A stretch of DNA of 64,000 bases, taken from the NCBI GenBank assembly GCA_009844405.1, contig VYBO01000138.1:1514-65513 (forward strand), written 5' to 3'. The stretch is from Acidimicrobiaceae bacterium (GTDB lineage: Bacteria; Actinomycetota; Acidimicrobiia; Acidimicrobiales; Aldehydirespiratoraceae). Shown here in pieces: positions 60,624 through 64,000 of this stretch; the stretch's first letter is position 1; each line of letters opens with the position of its first letter. The position numbers were made by a program, and so were the translations under genes. The notes beneath the pieces are model-generated. The model worked only from the letters and a program-made list of their open reading frames with translations, had not been told where the DNA came from and did not search any database.

Positions 60624-62292
60624 TCACTCGCGCTTCACAGATGCGATGGTGAGCGTCACCCCCGCTTCGGCGAGCGAGGAGTCGAGCCGGGTGAGGGTCA
60701 CCTGGCTGAAGCTGAACAGCTCTTCGGCGGTGATCGGTTCGGGCCGGGCCATGGCGAGCATCACAGAGCTCAGTCGATCAGGGAGCCAGCTGGGGTCGCC
60801 GCCGGCATCAGTCGTCAGCTTCCGCAGTTGCTGGCGCGCCTCGTTGTCGTGTCGGAGAGCATCGGTGGACACCAGAGCCTGGGCGATGAGGTGGCTGACC
60901 GCCGATGACTTCGGCGTGTGCTTCACGTGGATGATTAGCCCATCTTCCGTGATGATGTCGCATGCCTCGAAGCCCCGTGGGTGCTGGGTCGTCCTCAGCA
61001 GCTGCCGGTCGAGCATGACGCAACCAAGCGACGCCGCAGCCATGGCGTTGTAGGCCCCTTCGCCGGGATGAGTCGAAACGGTCCAGTCCGGGAGCGAGAC
61101 TGCCGGTGGACGTGCGAAGATCTCGTCGACGTGGGCTTGAAGGCGCTGGGCGTAGTCAGTGTCCATCGCATACCAGCGAGAGTCGAACAGGCAGTAGCGG
61201 ACTCCGCTGATTTCAATCTCGAAGAAGAGCCAGTGGATAGCCGGGATTGCGCCGCTAACTGGCTCCTCGCCATCGCTGTCGCGGAAGAGCTGCACCTTGA
61301 TCGAAGAGGCTCCGGCGAGCCGGTCGCCAGGAGCCTTCCGCTCGATCGCTTCCAGCAGGTCATCGAGACTTGGCAGGTCGTCTCTCGCCTCGACGTTGTG
61401 CTTGCCGGTTCCCAGCAGCTTGAAGGCTGAGGGTGTTCCGTTGTCGTCGATGCGCTCGTGGGGCCAGCCAAGCGCCAGCCTCCCATTGGATCCGCCCTCG
61501 AGAGCAGCCCGCAGCTCTGCCTCGAGCTGCTCGATCATCTCACCGTTCTTGACACGAACGAACTGCTCGAGCGCCTGGAGTTCGGGCTGAGCAGTGAGAT
61601 CGAGGGTCGCGGCGATGGCGTCCAAGTCGCTCATGAGGAGTCGGGGTGTCTTGCCAAGCGGGACGCTCAGCGCAGCAGCAGCACGGATCCGAACACTGGC
61701 GTCTCCAAGCGCGAGACCCGACACCGTGGCTGAGCCGCTGATGCGTGTAACGACTTCGCCGAAGTCGCCGATCCCGAAGCCGCGAAGCGCCTCCCCGGCG
61801 GGGATCGAGGACCGATCGGTGCGCGCACGGTGGTCGAGTTCGCTCCTCGTCAATGACTGAATCGCATCCGGCTGGGCAGTGCGGATGGCTACTCGCATCC
61901 CGAATCCGGGATCGGTGTGTGCTGGCTCCAAGAGCTGAAAAGCCCATACCGTAGGCGAGTGCCCATGCCTCGGTCGGGGCAGCGCGGATCACGAGCACGG
62001 CAGCGGCTGTTGTGTTGCCGAGACTGATGCTCACGCCGGACAGCGTCGAGAGCCGCCCCGCCCAAGTTGTCTGCTCGCGGTGCATGGCTCCAGTCACGAG
62101 CAGCGATTCGCTGCCCTCGACTACCCCCGAGGTGGCCGTGAAGGCGCCGGGACCGAGGTACTTGGAGCGGATTGCATCGCTGAGATCGGTGATCCCACGC
62201 ATCCGATACAACGTGGTCCGGACAGACGGGGACTCCTTGCGAGGCACCCACACATTGTGGCCGATCAGGTGGCGTGAGGGACTGACCGCCAC
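60624..62292 (-). pseudogene. TIGR04141/DUF6119-like sporadically distributed protein, interrupted by a 1-nt frameshift
   Basis: The N-terminal part (...TEAWALAYGMGFSAL) is in one frame. The continuation (LEPAHTDPGFGMRVAI...FEACDIITEDGLIIHVKHT.KSSAVSHLIAQ) is in another. The junction is near a T4 run at 61937-61940. Confidence 0.6.
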
Positions 62293-62408
62293 GACTGCGA
62301 CGGGCGCTCTAGCCGCCGGAGACTCCGAACGATGTCGGAAGGATCATCGAGGCCACGCGCTCGGCTGCATCGGACTGAACCATTCACGATGCGCACACCC
62401 GCGGTTCT

Positions 62409-63551
62409 CTACAACTCGACGATCGGCCGATCGTCTACGGCCGCCGCTAGGAGGTCATGCATGTCGTCGATCGGGAGGTGGGCAGTGCGGACGAGGTCCT
62501 CAACTGACACGTCCGCTTCGATCTCTGCTCGCCGCATCGAGCGTTCGACAAGCATCGGTGCCTCCGGGGCACCCATCTCGCGATCTCCCGGCTCCTGCTT
62601 GCGCCAACCCCGAGCGGACATGTAGCGCATGGCTGCCTGGTATGCCTCGGGTGAGAGGACTCTCAAGGTTCGAGCCCGGTACAGCAGCGCTGACATCGAC
62701 AGACCCCACACGCGCTTCATCTCCGCGAGCCGCGACCACCCTGTAGCGTCCAGCCGCGATGGCAGCTCCTCAAGCGCGCTAGCTTCTGGAAGCAGAAAGG
62801 ATGCAGCGAAGTTCTGGGCCTGGCTTTCGACCTGCTTGGTACCGGGTTCGGCCGCTTCGTGCATCACTAGGTGTCCCAGCTCATGGCTCGCGTCGAACCG
62901 TGACCGCACGTAGTTGTCGGACTTGTCGTCGGTTAGAAGAACGAGCGGACGTACGCCGGTCCTGGTCGAGAAGGCATCGACTTTCACCGTCCCGAGAGTG
63001 AGCCGGGCTACGGCGATGCCATGGCGCTCCAACTCGCGTACGACATGCCCGATGGGGCCGTCACCGAGATTCCAGGCTCGTCGTACCAACATGGCGATGT
63101 CGTCGATCTCAGCGGCTGTTGCATCCGAGCCGACAGGGCGCTCTGGCACGTCGACTTCGGGAATTCGGACGTGCTGCTCCAGCGCTGTGACAAACTCGCC
63201 AAGAAGCACTGCCTGAGCCCGGGCGCGACGCCGTTCCCGAATGCTGGTTGAGCGGAGATCACGAAAGTAGGTGACCGGTTCGCTATCGACGGGCCACTGG
63301 GCGGAGAAGAACTCCGGTGGTACATCGAGGGCGGAGGCCAGATTAACGACTGCTGCCTCCGACGGCCGAAGTCGTCCAGATTCGATCTGGCTCAGGGCGG
63401 GCGCCGACAGGGCGTTGCCGGTCCCTGCCACTACCTGGCGTTGCGTGAGCCCTCGCAGTTCGCGAGCCAGCCGGATACGAGCCGGAATCGGTAGCGACGC
63501 AGGGTGGTCGTAGGCCTTGCTCATCTGTCCCGTCATCGTATCCCCCATCAT
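62409..63551 (-). CDS. XRE-family HTH fused to ImmA/IrrE-type zinc metallopeptidase (COG2856-like)
   Basis: HTH: IRLARELRGLTQRQVV...LSQIESG. Peptidase HEXXH: SHELGHLVMH. Confidence 0.8.
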   Translation of the reverse strand: MMGDTMTGQMSKAYDHPASLPIPARIRLARELRGLTQRQVVAGTGNALSAPALSQIESGRLRPSEAAVVNLASALDVPPEFFSAQWPVDSEPVTYFRDLRSTSIRERRRARAQAVLLGEFVTALEQHVRIPEVDVPERPVGSDATAAEIDDIAMLVRRAWNLGDGPIGHVVRELERHGIAVARLTLGTVKVDAFSTRTGVRPLVLLTDDKSDNYVRSRFDASHELGHLVMHEAAEPGTKQVESQAQNFAASFLLPEASALEELPSRLDATGWSRLAEMKRVWGLSMSALLYRARTLRVLSPEAYQAAMRYMSARGWRKQEPGDREMGAPEAPMLVERSMRRAEIEADVSVEDLVRTAHLPIDDMHDLLAAAVDDRPIVEL

Positions 63552-63623
63552 ACTGGATTTAGCTTATGAGATCAGAAACGTTGAAAAATTAAGTGATAGA
63601 GTGGCCGTGTGTTGTAGTCTTAG
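63552..63623. promoter_or_regulatory. AT-rich divergent intergenic (switch-like) region
   Basis: By far the most AT-rich stretch in the window (TACTGGATTTAGCTTATGAGATCAGAAACGTTGAAAAATTAAGTGATAGAG), lying between divergent genes. Confidence 0.4.
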
Positions 63624-64000
63624 ATGCTAGCGATAGGCTACGACAAGCCGAGAGCCCAGGCCCGAGCGGCGGAGACGAGCATCCCGATGCACTGCGAGCA
63701 CAATATTCCTGAGACCAAGAAGGGCCATGGCCCCTGCGTCATCCGCTGGGAGGTCAAGAAGCGCAACGGCATGCCGAACTGGTGGTGTCGAACTCACGGG
63801 CTCGAGGCCTCCGCCCCCGACGGGGCCGCATTGGATCGATGCTCAGCGTCTTGGTTTGAGCCCGTGTCCGAGGAAATGCGGACCGATATCGACCTCGACG
63901 ACGGCGAATTTGCTGTGTGGGGCGTTGTGCCGCCGGCATTCTGCATCGGCGAAGTCCCCACCGAAGACGGCAAGGTCCACATCCACTACCGAGCAGAGGC
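63624..64000 (+). CDS. hypothetical Cys/His-containing protein, 3'-partial at window end
   Basis: Open frame to the window end. ATG at 63624 or 63687 (MHCEHNIPETKKGHGPCVIRWEVKKRNGMPNWWCRTHG...). Absent from the ORF track, presumably because it has no stop. Confidence 0.45.
   Translation, partial: MLAIGYDKPRAQARAAETSIPMHCEHNIPETKKGHGPCVIRWEVKKRNGMPNWWCRTHGLEASAPDGAALDRCSASWFEPVSEEMRTDIDLDDGEFAVWGVVPPAFCIGEVPTEDGKVHIHYRAE

Larger units (their letters stand above)
60472..64000. mobile_element. putative genomic islet inserted at the tmRNA 3' end (extends beyond window)
   Basis: Accessory-type genes start right after ssrA. There are AT-rich stretches (about 37% G+C in the 63541-63600 line). No integrase or second att copy is visible in the window. 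Confidence 0.4.

Overview
All family assignments below come from reading motifs in the supplied translations; no database search or folding was run. The window is a densely coding, high-G+C actinobacterial-type chromosome segment. My spot counts of single 60-nt lines gave about 73% G+C in core genes. Most of it is housekeeping: TtuA/ThiS-like thiolation pair, Lon-N protein, PBP4, tkt-tal, cysD-cysNC, ClC channel, RNase D, MobA-rhodanese, pyruvate kinase, gltBD, trkA-trkH-trkH, H+-PPase, menB, rpe, clpP, tRNA-Leu(UAG), rph-rdgB, rpmB-rpmG, cysteine synthase, JAMM protease and smpB-ssrA. Three accessory regions stand out. (1) 2.0-12.4 kb is an eight-gene, lower-G+C locus (57-65% in two spot counts). 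It looks like a composite methylation-linked defence system. It has a protein with an Mrr-type N-terminal sensor domain, a PLD-nuclease/SF2-helicase fusion, a DndD-like SMC ATPase with two small partner ORFs, a PD-(D/E)xK nuclease and two tandem paralogous amino-methyltransferases. The sensor protein and the nuclease share a roughly 150-aa uncharacterised domain. No phosphorothioation genes are present. This is my best candidate for an undescribed system. (2) 29.3-33.5 kb holds a 770-bp ORF-free repeat-containing region, head-to-head remnants of a Fic gene and a fasciclin gene, and a class-F-like sortase. Next to the sortase are two proteins with an unusual AAETG-type C-terminal sorting signal, one carrying an (Asp-Met)n repeat. 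(3) Immediately 3' of the tmRNA gene (60.5 kb to the window end) is an apparent integrated islet. It carries a frameshifted TIGR04141/DUF6119-like gene and an XRE-ImmA/IrrE fusion. A 96-nt dispersed intergenic repeat occurs at least five times, mostly abutting stop codons. Many long ORFs in the track are antisense or out-of-frame G+C artefacts and were not annotated.
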